From assembly GCA_030390025.1 (NCBI GenBank), contig JASTWF010000036.1, forward strand, positions 3,722,001-3,786,000: a DNA stretch of 64,000 bases. The letters run 5' to 3'. The notes under the pieces were generated by a model. That model did no database searches. It was not told where the DNA came from and worked only from the letters and a program-made list of their open reading frames with translations. Position 1 is the first letter of the stretch. Every line of letters starts with the position of its first letter. The DNA comes from Squalus acanthias (lineage: Eukaryota). Shown here one piece after another: positions 48,952 through 60,819 of this stretch. Both the position numbers and the translations under genes were made by a program.

Positions 48952-49379
48952 AGGGTTTCAGCAGCAGATGAGCTGAGGCAGGGGCTGAGACAGGCGATGT
49001 TATGGGCAATATAATGAGGAAGGCTATTGTATCAATGGGGGCCTGGTTAAAAATGGACGGTTGTAGCAGTTTTTGAAGGGCTGTGTTGCTCCTAATAGTT
49101 GAGTTGCTCTCAGATGAGAGGAGATCGGGATCGATTTGGGTTGAAACCAGTGAGTCCAAAAGAAGAAATCAATAATTGAGAATTGTACCAGAGGAAAAGG
49201 GAGGAATCATGTGAGGGATAGGGAATCCATTCGAGAAGAAAGAGGGCAATTTTAATTATCGCGAACTGAAATAGAATGAGGTGAATCATACAAATTGCAA
49301 TTGCAATACTACTGTCAGGCGTGGCTCAGTGATTGGCATACCCTGTCAGCACTCCCATGTCCGATGGCTTTGGGTGTGT

Positions 49380-50460
49380 CACTGAGATACACAGACTATG
49401 AAAGCTCCTGGTTCCATTCCTTGGTTACGCTGAGTTAGTTGATCTCAGCCGGGGTAGCAGTAAAGAAAATATTTGTATTTATGTATCACCTTATCACATC
49501 CCAGTTCTCCTCTCGACGTGCTTTACATACAGTGACTTACTTTGACATGCAGGTGGCATTGTTGGTTCAGCAAAAGGGGCATCTATCTTTGCACAGAAAG
49601 AGATCCCACAAACGATAACCTTGACCAGGACACTGGGAGAACTCCCCTGCTCTTCTTCGAATCGTGCCATGGGATCTTTAACATTGACTAGAAGAGGCAG
49701 ACGTCTCGGTTTAACGTCTCATCCGAAAGACGGCATCTCCGACAGTGCAGCACTCCCTCAGTACTGCACTGAAGCGTTAGCCTAGATTATGGGCTCAAGT
49801 CCTTGATTGAGACGTGAACCAGCAGCAACAACTTGCATTTATCTAGCGCCTTTCAGATAGTAAAAATTCCCAAGGCACTTCACAGGAGCGTTATCAAACA
49901 AAATTTGACACCGAGCCACATAAGGAGATATAAGGATAGGTTGGTCAAAGAGGTAGGTTTTATGGAGTGTCTTAAATGCGGAGGGAGAAGTAGAGATGCA
50001 GAGAGGCTGAGAGAGGGAATTCTAGCGCTTAGGGCCCAGGCAGCTGCAGGCCCACAAACTTCTGAGTCAGAACCTCAGTAGGGATGCTACAATTGCCCTC
50101 AATCTCCCCAGGCAAGGGAGAGGAAGGACATCAGCCACAGGTCCAGCTCCTACATTACAACAGTGACTGCATTGACAAAAAAAGTACTTAATTGGCTGTG
50201 CAGGGCTTTGGGACGTCCTGAGGTCATGATCTATATAAATCCAAGGTCTTTCTTTAATTGCTAGCCAGCTGGAAAGGCAGATGTGCGGCCCACTGAGTCA
50301 TGACAGGGTTCAGCTCGCCTATAATGACCTCTGCAGTCGATCAGCCCACTGTCACTCATAGTCCAGGCTTTGCAAGTATCGCTCCTCCACCCTCTTAAAG
50401 TATACCCCGCAATGAGCTATCACCTTCGGGGAGGGATAAAAAGGGGAGATAAATTGGAGG
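49380..50460 (+). mobile_element. LF-SINE-like relic broken by DeuSINE and L2 fragments (49463-50075, 50150-50255)
   Basis: GCTGAGTTAGTTGATCTCAGCCGGGGTAGCAGTA resumes as CAGTAGGGATGCTACAATTGCCCTCA at ~50076. Confidence 0.65.
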
Positions 50461-50529
50461 CAAAAAAATGACAAACATCTTTTGATCTCGTCCTCTCCCT
50501 ATTCTCATTTATTTTTGTCCAGATGGATG

Positions 50530-50848
50530 GGCATAGACAGACTGGTGGAATGGGCAGACACGTGGCAGATGAAATTTAACGCAGAAAAATGCGAAGTGAT
50601 ATATTTTGATAGGAAGAACGAGGAGAGCCAATATGAACTAAAGGGTTCAATTCTAAAGTGGGTGCATGAACAGAGAGGCCTGGGGGTATAGGTACACAAA
50701 TCGTTGAAGGTGGCAGGACAGGTTGAGAAACCGGTTAAAAAAGCATACGGGATCCTGGGCTTCATAAATAGAGGCATAGAGTACAAAAGCAAGGAAGTTA
50801 TGATGAACCTTTATAAAACACTGGTTCGGCCTCAACTGGAATATTGTT
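50530..50848 (+). mobile_element. CR1 RT fragment
   Basis: WQMKFNAEKCEVI...YKTLVRPQLEYC; close to 14350-14665. Confidence 0.85.
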
Positions 50849-51554
50849 TTTTGAGTTTTAAACAAACACCTGTGCGCTGTTTGCCCGTTGTGGAATTAAC
50901 CCCCTCCCACCACAACATAGAATCGCACAGCACAAATGGAGGCCATTTGGCCCATTGTACCTGTGCTGGCTCTTTGGACAAGTCAACCACATCAGGTGAC
51001 AAACTGAGTCACGTCAAAAAGGAAGGGTCCATTCTATAAATGCAGCGCCAATGAGTCTCGCGTTGCCTGGCTACAAACCCCAGGCATGGCGTGCTTCGGC
51101 AACCTACTCTGCTTGACAAATCAGCCGGCGGCCCTCTTTTAAACTCACAGCACGTACAAAGCAATGAGCGCAGCCAGGGTCTGTCTGGCATTCACAAGCA
51201 CAGTCCCAGTGCTGACGTATGGATGTTGCAGACATTATTTTCCCTTCTGTTTGATGAAGTGTTTCGATGGTGCGTTCAACGCCAGTCACGGGATCAATTC
51301 AGTGCGAAGCCCCGCCTGTGCGAGCCACACTCTGGTGGGACTGTCCAATGGGTGCTTCGATTCACATAGATTGAGCATCATGGAAGATGTTCGGAGTGCA
51401 ACCAGGAGAGAACTAGAGGACATCATTAGAAGCACACAAGCCTTTGAGTTAAATGTGACCCATTTATTAACTCCTGGAATAGGCTGCCACCTGGTGTCGT
51501 GACTTGGTCAAAACCTTTCAGCAGTAAGTGGGCCGAAGTTTGATCGTTGTCCTT

Positions 51555-51748
51555 TGTTTTTTCCCCCTTCTCTGCTGAAGGAGGTGACTCAGATTGAGGT
51601 CTGGTGACAGGGACAGTGACAGCTCCGAGCTCCCTCACCTGGGCGGACATTCTTCACCTTGGAGCCGAGCTAGTGAGTGTTGGCGGCTATTCAACATGGA
51701 GATCATCAACAACGTTCATGACGCTGTCGTCACTAATCACACACACAC
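51555..51748 (-). mobile_element. LF-SINE-like 3' half running into a CA repeat at the gap
   Basis: Minus strand TTGAATAGCCGCCAACACTCACTAGCTCGGCTC...GAAGAATGTCCGCCCAGGTGAGG...CCTTCAGCAGAGAAGGGGGAAAA. Confidence 0.6.
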
Positions 51749-51948
51749 NNNNNNNNNNNNNNNNNNNNNNNNNNNNNNNNNNNNNNNNNNNNNNNNNNNN
51801 NNNNNNNNNNNNNNNNNNNNNNNNNNNNNNNNNNNNNNNNNNNNNNNNNNNNNNNNNNNNNNNNNNNNNNNNNNNNNNNNNNNNNNNNNNNNNNNNNNNN
51901 NNNNNNNNNNNNNNNNNNNNNNNNNNNNNNNNNNNNNNNNNNNNNNNN
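51749..51948. other. Assembly gap (200 N)
   Basis: Run of N. Confidence 1.
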
Positions 51949-52218
51949 TTTGACAAAGGTCTCTTCACAAAGGCCCGAAACGTAGGAACTTTGAAACTGA
52001 AATTTAAAATAATTAAATGTCACTCAACCCAAATTCTTGGATATGAAGAGTATCTGTAACCACAAGATTTGCAGTCAGTGGCACTTTACAGCTGGTTACA
52101 AGATGTTTGCAAAGCTCAGTTTGCTGTGCGCTAAGTAACTCAACTACCAATAGTCAGTAACCCAAATAGATTTAATAGGACTGCACTGTTGCACCATCGC
52201 CCTCTTGTGGCACCAGCA

Positions 52219-52600
52219 TGCAACAACGACTTGCATTTATATAACACCTCCAACATCGGCAAACATCCCAAGGTGCTACACAGAGACATATGGGGAAAAA
52301 AATACATGGAGAGATTAGGAGGGGTGACCCAAAGCTTGGTCAAAGAGGTGGAGTTTAAGGAAGGTCTTAGAGGGGGAGAGGGCGGTGGAGAGGCGGAGGG
52401 GTTTAGGAAGAGAATTCCAGAGCTTAGGACCCAGGAACAGCCATCAATGGTGGGGCGAAAGGAGGCAGAGATGCACAAGAGGCCGCTCAGAATGGAGAAT
52501 CTGAGGAGGGGGATTGTAGTGCTGGAAGAGTTTACAGATAGGGATTTTAAATTTGAGGCACTGGATGACCAGGAGTCAATGTAGGTCAGTGAGGATATAT
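52219..52600 (-). mobile_element. Diverged L2 3' fragment
   Basis: Homologous to 53355-53735. Confidence 0.7.
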
Positions 52601-53354
52601 GAGGGCCCATAGCACAAGACACAACCAAAGTTACAAGAATTAGATCGAAGACAATGTAAATCAAGAGGTAGTGGTTAGGTGAAGCTTGGGTCTTAGGAGA
52701 AGCATACAACAGCAGCTTCTTGGATAATTAGTTCCCAATTTCAGCAGAAAAGTCACCAAGTGAAGGTGAGATAATCCTCCGGAGGGACAAAGAGGTGAAA
52801 AAATCAGAGTGAAAGGTCCTCCTGTGCATTGTATGGTGGCCATTGCAGAGCAGTATTGGCAGAGGCCTGGATGTTGGATTATGGTGTGTAGAAGAAGAGT
52901 AAAGGGGATAGAGAAGAAGGGCGAAAGTAAGAGAAATCAAATTGAGACCTCATTTTGACACATGGCCTTGCAGTTGGGTAAATTCTCCTGGCACTGCCAC
53001 CCACCCTGAGGCTGGCACCAGAATCCTCATATAGGACACTGCAACTTCCCTGAACAAACTGGTGTCATCAGCTTCCAATCTTGCCAGATTGGGGAGTAGC
53101 TGGTGAGCTTTGAGACATGTTCACATCTAACCACTGCAATATATGAATGTCTAATCTCAGTGGAACATTTCAGCAGGCCTTTTTTTCGTGGCAACTGTAT
53201 GGATTTCCACCTTACTGTTGAGCAACTCTTTGCTTTCCATTGCTAACCTTTCAATGAGAAGCTTCCTCTCACTTGGTAAAGGCAGTTTGTTACTGAGCCA
53301 TAAAGAACAGAAGGTCTCTGGTTCGATTCCCCGTCTGTACTGAATTAGCTAATA

Positions 53355-53735
53355 ACAAATAACTTGCATTTATATAGCGCCTTTAACGAGGTCAAACGTC
53401 TGAAGGTGCTTCACAGGAGCGACTATCAAACAAAATTTGACACCGAGCCACATAAGGAGATATTAAGACAGGTGACAAAAAGAGGTCGGTTTTAAGGAGC
53501 GTCTTAAAGGAGGAGAGAGAGGTAGAGAGACGGAGATTTTAGGGAGGGAATTCCAGAGCTTAGGGCCTAGGCAGCTGAAGGCACGGCCGGCAACGGTGGG
53601 GCGATTAAATTCAGGGATGCGCAAGAGGCCAGAATTGGAGGAGCGCAGATATCTCGGAGGGTTGTAGGGCTGGAGGAGATGACAGAGATAGTGAGGGGCG
53701 AGGCCGTGGAGGGATTTGAAAACAAGGATGAGAAT
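53355..53735 (-). mobile_element. L2 3' fragment
   Basis: Tail AAAGGCGCTATATAAATGCAAGTT on the minus strand; matches the split L2 at 41887-44153. Confidence 0.82.
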
Positions 53736-54189
53736 GAGAAATATCTGCTGGGGAAGCAGTAGCGATTAGGTTTGGTGTCTCAGGGCTGCAGGCAGCCAAT
53801 CAACCAGGGTTTTCACCCCTGATCACTATCCAGTGTCAGTCATGGCTCAGTGGGCAGCACCCTCGCTTCTGAGTCAGAAGGTTGTGGGTTCAAGTCCTAC
53901 TCCAAGAGACTTGAGCACAAAATCTAGGTTGACACTCCAGTGCAGTACCAAGGGAGTGCTGCACTGTCAGAGGTGTCATCTTTCAGATGAGATGTTAAAC
54001 CGAGGCCCCGTCTGTAAAAGATCCCATGGCACTATTTCAAAGACGAGCAGGAGAATTCTTCCTGGTGTCCCGGCCAATATTTATCCCTCAATCAACATCA
54101 CTAAAAATCAACATCTGGTCATTATCACATTGCTGTTTGTGGGATCTTGCTGTGCACAAATTGGCTGCTGCATTTCCCACATTACAACA

Positions 54190-57100
54190 ACTGGATTGCT
54201 ACCAGGGCCACGTGCTAATCAGAATAGAGAGAACAGGATTGTGAGATTGAATACGTGGCTTGAGCAGTGGTGCAGTAGGGAGGGATTCAAATTCCTGAGG
54301 CATTGGAACCAGTTCTGGGGGAAGTGGGAACTGTACAAAAGGGACGGTCTGCACTTGGGCAGGACTGGAACCGATGTCCTCGGGGTAATATTTGCTAAAG
54401 CAGTTCGGGAGGATTTAAACTAATATGGCAGGGGAAGGGGAACCTATGTAGCGAAACAGGGGGAAGTAAAATGCAGTCAGAAACAAATGTTAGAAGGGTG
54501 AGAAACAACAGGGGAAGGCCGAGTAAACAAAAGCAAGAAACACAAAGGGCCATACTAAATCATAAGTCTAAAAGGACAAAGGATGTTAATAAAATAAGCC
54601 TAAAGGCTCTGTGTCTTAATGCAAGGAGTATCCGTAATAAGGTGGATGAATTGACTGTGCAAATAGATGTTAACGGATACGATGTGATTGGGATTACAGA
54701 GACGTGGCTCCAGAACAATCAAGGCTGGGAACTGAACATCCAGGGGTATTCAACATTCAGAAAGGATAGAATAAAAGGAAAAGGGGGTGGGGTAGCATTG
54801 CTGGTTAAAGAGGAGATTAATGCAATAGCTAGGAAGGACATCAGCTTGGAGGATGTGGAATCAATATGGGTTGAGCTGCAGAACACCAAAGGGCAGAAAA
54901 CGTTAGTGGGAGTTGTGTACAGACCTCCAAACAGCAGTAGTGAGGTGGGGGAGGGTACGAAACAGGAAATCAGAGGTGCGTGCAAAAAAGGCACGGCAGT
55001 TATCATGGGTGACTTTAATATGCATATAGATTGGGTTACTCAAACTGGAAGCAATACGGTGGAGGAGGATTTCCTGGAGTGTTTAAGGGATGGTTTCCTA
55101 AACCAATATGTTGAGGAACCAACTCGAGGGGAGGCCATCCTGGACTGGGTGTTGTGTAATGAGGAAGGACTAATCAGCAATCTTGTGGTACGAGGCCCCC
55201 TGGGGAAGAGTGACCATAGTATGGTGGAGTTCTACATTAGGATGGAGAAGGAAACAGTTAAGTCAGAGACCATGGTCCAGAACTTAAATAAGGGCAACTT
55301 TGAGGGTATGAGGCGTGAATTGGCGAGGTTAAATTGGCAAGCGATATTTAAGGGGCTATCAGTGGAAGGGCAATGGCAGACATTTAGAGATCACATGGAT
55401 GAACTACAGCAATTGTACATCCCGGTCTGGCGTAAAAATAAAAAAGGGAAGGTGGCTCAACCATGGCTAACAAGGGAAATCAGGGATAGTATTAAAACCA
55501 AGGAAGTGGCATACAAATTGGCCAGAAGTGGCAGCAAACCCGGGGACTGGGAGAACTTCAAAACTCAGCAGAGGAGGACGAAGGGTTTGATTAGGGCAGG
55601 GAAAATAAAATATGAAAGGAAGCTTGCAGAGAACATTAAAATGGACTGCAAAAGCTTCTATAAATATGTAAAAAGAAAGAGGTTAGTAAAAACAAACGTA
55701 GGTCCCCTGCAGTCGGAAACAGGGGAATTCGTAATGGGGAACAAGGAAATGGCAGATCAATTGAACAAGTACTTTGGTTCGGTGTTTACTGTGGAGGACA
55801 CACACAACCTGCCGGAAATAAAAGGGGTCAGAGGATCTGGTAAGAGGGAGGAGCTGAGGGAAATCCTTATTAGTCGGGAAAAGGTATTGGGGAAATTGAT
55901 GGGACTGAAGGCTGAAAAATCCCCGGGGCCTGATGGTCTGCATCCCAGAGTACTTAAGGAGGTGGCCTTGGAAATAGTGGATGCATTGACGATCATTTTC
56001 CAACATTCCTTAGACTCTGGATCAGTTCCGATGGAGTGGAGGGTGGCCAATGTAACCCCTCTTTTTAAAAAAGGAGGGAGGGAGAAAGCAGCCTGACATC
56101 GGTCGTGGGTAAAATGATGGAAGCAATTATTAAAGATGTCATAACAGACCATTTGGAAAGTGGCGACATGATAGGTCCAAGTCAGCATGGATTTGTGAAA
56201 GGGAAATCATGCTTGACAAATCTACTGGAATTTTTTGAGGATGTTTCCGATAGGGTGGACAGGGGGGAACCAGTAGATGTGGTGTATTTGGACTTTCAGA
56301 AGGCCTTCGACAAGGTCCCACACAAGAGATTGGTGAGCAAAGTTAAAGCACATGGGATTGGGGGTAATGTGTTGACGTGGATTGAGAACTGGTTGGCACA
56401 CAGGAAACAAAGAGTAGGAGTAAATGGGTACTTTTCAGAATGGCAGGCAGTGACCAGCGGGGTACCGCAGGGTTCGGTGCTGGGACCCCAGCTGTTTACA
56501 TTATATATTAATGATTTGGACGAAGGGATTAAATGTAATATCTCCAAATTTGCGGATGACACTAAATTGGGAGGCAGTGTGAACAATGAGGAGGATGCTA
56601 GGAGGCTACAGAGTGACTTGGACAGGTTGGGTGAATGGGCAAATGTATGGCAGATGAAGTACAATGTGGATAAATGTGAGGTTATCCACTTTGGTGGTAA
56701 AAATAGAGAGGCGAACTATTACCTGAATGGTGGCAGATTAGGGAAAGGGGAGGTGCAACGAGACCTGGGCGTCATGGTACATCAGTCACTGAAGGTGGGA
56801 ATGCAAGTGCAGCAGGCAGTCAAGAAAGCAAACGGAATGATGGCCTTCATAGTAAGGGGATTTGAGTACAGGAGTAGGGAGGTGATGCTGCAGTTGTACA
56901 GGGCCTTGGTGAGGCCACACCTGGAGTATTGTGCGCAGTTTTGGTCTCCTAACTTAAGGAAGGACATTCTTGCTATTGAGGGAGTGCAGCGAAGGTTCAC
57001 TGGATTGATTCCTGGGATGGCTGGACTGACATATCAAGAAAGATTGGGTCAACTGAACTTGTATCCTCTGGAGTTCAGAAGAATGAGGGGGGATCTTATA

Positions 57101-57486
57101 GAGATATTTAAAATCCTGACTGGTTTAGACAAATTAGATGCGGGCAGAATGTTCCCAATGTTAGGGAAAACTAGAACCAGGGGTCACAGTCTAAGGATTA
57201 AGGGGAAGCCATTTAAGACTGAGCTGAGGAGGAACTTCTTCACCCAGAGAGTGGTGAATCTATGGAATTCTCTTCCACAGAAGGTTGTTGAGGCCAGTTC
57301 GCTAAATATATTCAAAAGGGAGTTAGATATAACACTCACAACTAGGGGGATCAAGGGGTATGGCGAGAAAGCAGGAATGGGGTACTGAGGTAGCATGTTC
57401 AGCCATGAACGCATTGAATGGCGGTGCAGGCTCGAAGGACCGAATGGTCTACTCCTGCACCTATTTTCTATGTTTCTATGTTTCTA
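54190..57486 (+). mobile_element. CR1 LINE: ORF1 C-terminus, near-intact ORF2 and tail
   Basis: RDGLHL ORF1 end; (TTTCTATG)n tail. Confidence 0.95.
54471..57388 (+). pseudogene. CR1 ORF2 (APE plus RT) with a single break near 56090
   Basis: 541-aa and 427-aa frames; the conserved NYRPV motif is missing at the junction. Confidence 0.92.
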
Positions 57487-58364
57487 TGACTACACTTCAA
57501 AAAGTACTTCACTGGCTGTAAAGCGCTTTAGGATGTTCGGTGGTCATGAAAGGCGCTATAGAAATGCAAGTCTGTCTTTCCTTTCAGTTACCTCCTGTTA
57601 GAAGGTACACATGCTGATTGGCTGTGAGGTCCCACAGTTGAATAGCCTGCCGCCACTCACCATCCAGAAGCTCACATGAAGAATGGCTACTTGGGCAAGG
57701 TATCAGAGAGCGACCAATGCCAAATTAAACCATAACCCAGCAAGGGGTCGGTGCGTTCAGGAGAGGAGGGAGAGAAAAGGGAGGCAATTGGCTGAACTAC
57801 ATATCGCTAAAAAAAATGAGCAGCTGCTCCTTTGTCATTTTTAATGAGTTTAGGTTGCTGAGCTCTGCCAATCAGGCGACCTGTTCCATAATCCCCCCAC
57901 GTTATTATTGACTATCCTTCCAATTCTGGGCAAACAGGATTTAAGGGAAAAGAAATGGGCGCTAGGACTTCATGTGGCCTCCAGGTGGCTTTTTGACATT
58001 TTGCACCTGAACAGCCAACAAATGTATCATGGAATTTCATGAACCTCGGGTTGGCTTGGGGTTGGTGTTTCGGACTGGTATGGGCATGCATGCTGCCAGT
58101 GAGCGACCACATGCCCTTTCAAAACACCAAGCTTGGAATCCAGTTCATATGTCATTCTTGTGTATGCGTTTATACTTAACTGCTTTTGGTTTAGGAGGAC
58201 AATTTAAAATTAGTTCCCCCCCACTGCCGACTCTTAGATCTCCCGAGCATTGACCATTCTTCTTGTCAAGGAGGCTGGCAGGCAACCCACTCCCAGTCTT
58301 ATGCCTCTTCATCCAGCCACTGCAAGATTAAGCAACAGCGGCCAAAGAACTGACCAATCAATCC

Positions 58365-58617
58365 AATAGGGAATTCAGAAGAAATGTCTTTACCCAGAGA
58401 GTGGTGAGAATGTGGAACTCGCTACCACAGGGAGTGGTTGAGACGAATAGCATAGATGCATTTAAGGGGAAGCGAGATAAACACATGAGGGAGAAAGGAA
58501 TAGAAGGTTATGAGATGAAGTAGGGTAGGAGGAGGCTCGTGTGGAGCATAAACACCGGCATGGACCAGTTGGGCCGAATGGCCTGTTTCTGTGCTGTAAA
58601 TTCGATGGAATTCTATG
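58365..58617 (+). mobile_element. CR1 3' end fragment
   Basis: FTQRVVRMWNSLP remnant plus terminal hairpin and tail. Confidence 0.8.
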
Positions 58618-58749
58618 TAACCTGTTGACTTTTGCCTCCTTCCTAGGCTTCAGCTCTGCAGCCACCAACAGCATGTCCTGTGATGGGATATCTGCTTTGC
58701 TGGAAACCTTATCCTTCCACTCCATGGCATGGTGCCAATACACCATCAA

Positions 58750-59130
58750 TTAGCTCCTCCTCTCCTGAAGGCGACGACTTCTTGCTGGGGTACATCTCCT
58801 CGGGGGAAGGACTAGTTGCCCCAGGTGGTGATTCTTCTTGTGTGAGCCTAGACAGTCAATGTTGGTAGGCTATTGAACGATCGCAGGCAATCAGAAGCAA
58901 GCCCATTCTAGCCTTCACCCAACATCCACACACACGCACTTTGGAGCAGGAGGCATGGATTGCAATCAGGACATTTTCTCCTCTCTAACCTGGGCCTATT
59001 GTAGCGCCTCTGTGGTTCCAGCTGAGAGCAGCTCATTCAGTACAGACCAGGGATCAAACTTGGGATCTTCTTGGCTTGTGCGGCACAGTACCACACAAGG
59101 CATTTCCCCTCTAAGCCACAAGGGGAGCTA
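58750..59130 (-). mobile_element. LF-SINE-like element, near full length
   Basis: Minus strand: GATCCCTGGTCTGTACTGAATGAGCTGCTCTCAGCTGG, GCTACAATAGGCC, GTGCGTGTGTGTGGATGTTGGGTGAAG, ACTGTCTAGGCTCACACAAGAAGAAT, GCCTTCAGGAGAGGAGG. Confidence 0.75.
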
Positions 59131-59677
59131 TACACTGTCAATTTTATCGCATCACCAAATGCATTGAATGTGTTAAAAGTTCCCTGGCAGTGAGTGAAAT
59201 TCCATACAAACCAATCTGGGAATGTGTACATTCTTGTAATGTTTCCCAACCATCAATTATTCATTTGCTGTATCCATTTATTTATTCTTGCAGCCTGATT
59301 TACCGCACGCTAGAGGAACTGTTCCAAAAGAACAATCTAAATATGAAGTTATTTATTTGTCTTTAAATGAAATAGTTACTTGCCTTCCTGAGGTTGCTGT
59401 CATATTAAAAAGGAAGCCACAAAAGATGGCATGATGGTGCCATGTGATGGAAGGTCAATGTGTGGCACTGTGGTGGGTATAAGCTCAATTACCCCCCACC
59501 CCACACCGGAAGGATTGCTGATCTTAATTGTATCTTTGTCAGGAGGAGCCAAAGAATTGCAAGAGGACCGCCCATGGAGAATTGGAGGAGTTGCTCCAGC
59601 CCATTCCTGTCTGTTCACTGGTGGTGGTACTACATTACAAGTGACTACACTTCAAAAGTACTTAATGTTACCTCCTG

Positions 59678-60700
59678 ACAGGTAACATTCGCGCAACACA
59701 AGTGCCAGGCAATGACTATCTCCAACAAGCGAGAGTCTAACCACCTCCCCTTGACATTCAATGGCATTACTGACATGAATCTTGTCATTCATGTGGAAAT
59801 GACTTATGAAGTAATACTGGGCGGCCTGCTGGTGGCGCTGTACAGGGAGAGTATAAATACTCGGGCATGGGCCCCACTTGCTCAGGACATTCTTTGACAG
59901 GAACTAGTGAAGGACACAACCAGATCTCCATGTTGAAAAACAGTTGATTAAAGCTTTGTTTAACGCTTAGACCAAGTGCCTAGTAGTTTTCTTACGTCAA
60001 TTACCATCGCCGAATCCCCCACCATCAACATCCTGGGGGTCACCATTGACCAGAAACTTAACTGGACCAGCCACATAAATACTGTGGCAACAAGAGTGGG
60101 TCAGAGGCTAGGTATTCTGCGGCGAGTGTCTCACCTCCTGACTCCCCAAAGCCGTTCCACCATCTACAAGGCACAAGTAAGGAGTTTGATGGAATACTCT
60201 CCACTTGCCTGGATGAGTGCAGCTCCAACAACACTCAAGAAGCTCGACACCATCCAGGACAAAGCAGCCTGCTTGATTGGCACCCCATCTACCACCTTAA
60301 ACATTCACTCCCTCCACCACCGGCGTACTGTGGCTGCAGTGTGTACCATCTACAAGATGCACTGCAACAACTCGCCAAAGCTTCTTCGGCAGCACCTCCC
60401 AAACCCGCGACCTCTTCCACCTAGAAGGACAAGGGCAGCAGGCGCATGGGAACACCACCACCTCCAAGTTCCCCTCCAAGTCACACACCATCCTGACTTG
60501 GAAGTATATCGCCGTTCCTTCATCGTCGCTGGGTCAAAATCCTGGAACTCCCTCCCTAACAGCACTGTGGGAGCACCTTCACCACACAGACTGCAGCGGT
60601 TCAAGAAGGCGGCTCACCACCACCTTCTCAAGAGCAATTAGGGATGGGCAATAAATGCTGGCATTGCCAGTGACGCCCAGATCCCACAAACGAAAAAAAA
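59678..60700 (+). mobile_element. CR1/L2-superfamily LINE 3' fragment (same family as 36354-38240) within a DeuSINE tail
   Basis: ILGVTIDQKLNW, IYKAQVRSLMEY, WNSLP; same 3' tail as 36354-38240. Confidence 0.87.
59771..59999 (+). mobile_element. Gypsy solo LTR (family B), 229 bp
   Basis: TGAC...GTCA ends; TSD ATTAC (59766-59770 / 60000-60004); TATAAATA and ATTAAA. Confidence 0.94.
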
Positions 60701-60819
60701 ATTGACTGTAAAGCGCTTTCGGACGTCCTGAGGTCGTGAAAGGCGCTATAGAAATGCAAGTTCTTTCTTTCTAAGAGCACTGGCTGAGTCCTGGTAGCAA
60801 AGAAAGAAAGGGCAGTTGG

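Larger units (their letters stand above)
41887..49003 (-). mobile_element. L2 LINE 3' fragment split into 41887-42172, 43854-44153 and 48957-49003
   Basis: Joined pieces read AETLIHAFVTSRLDY...LHWLPVKQRLDFKIL, the L2 RT C-terminus. Confidence 0.88.
53834..57580 (+). mobile_element. DeuSINE split by CR1 (53834-54189 and 57487-57580)
   Basis: CCCACATTACAACA resumes as TGACTACACTTCAAAAAG. Confidence 0.88.
53265..57790 (+). mobile_element. LF-SINE-like element split into 53265-53352, 53743-53833 and 57585-57790
   Basis: B box GGTTCGATTCC; CCTGATCACTATCCAGTG; TTGAATAGCCTGCCGCCACTCAC...CATGAAGAATGGCTACTTGGGCAAGGTA...TTCAGGAGAGGAGGG. Confidence 0.72.

Noticed and set aside
51594..52059. ORFs spanning 51594-52059
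   Set aside because: They run through the N gap.
53833..54423. 196-aa ORF as a novel protein
   Set aside because: Chance read-through from a SINE into the CR1 ORF1 C-terminus.
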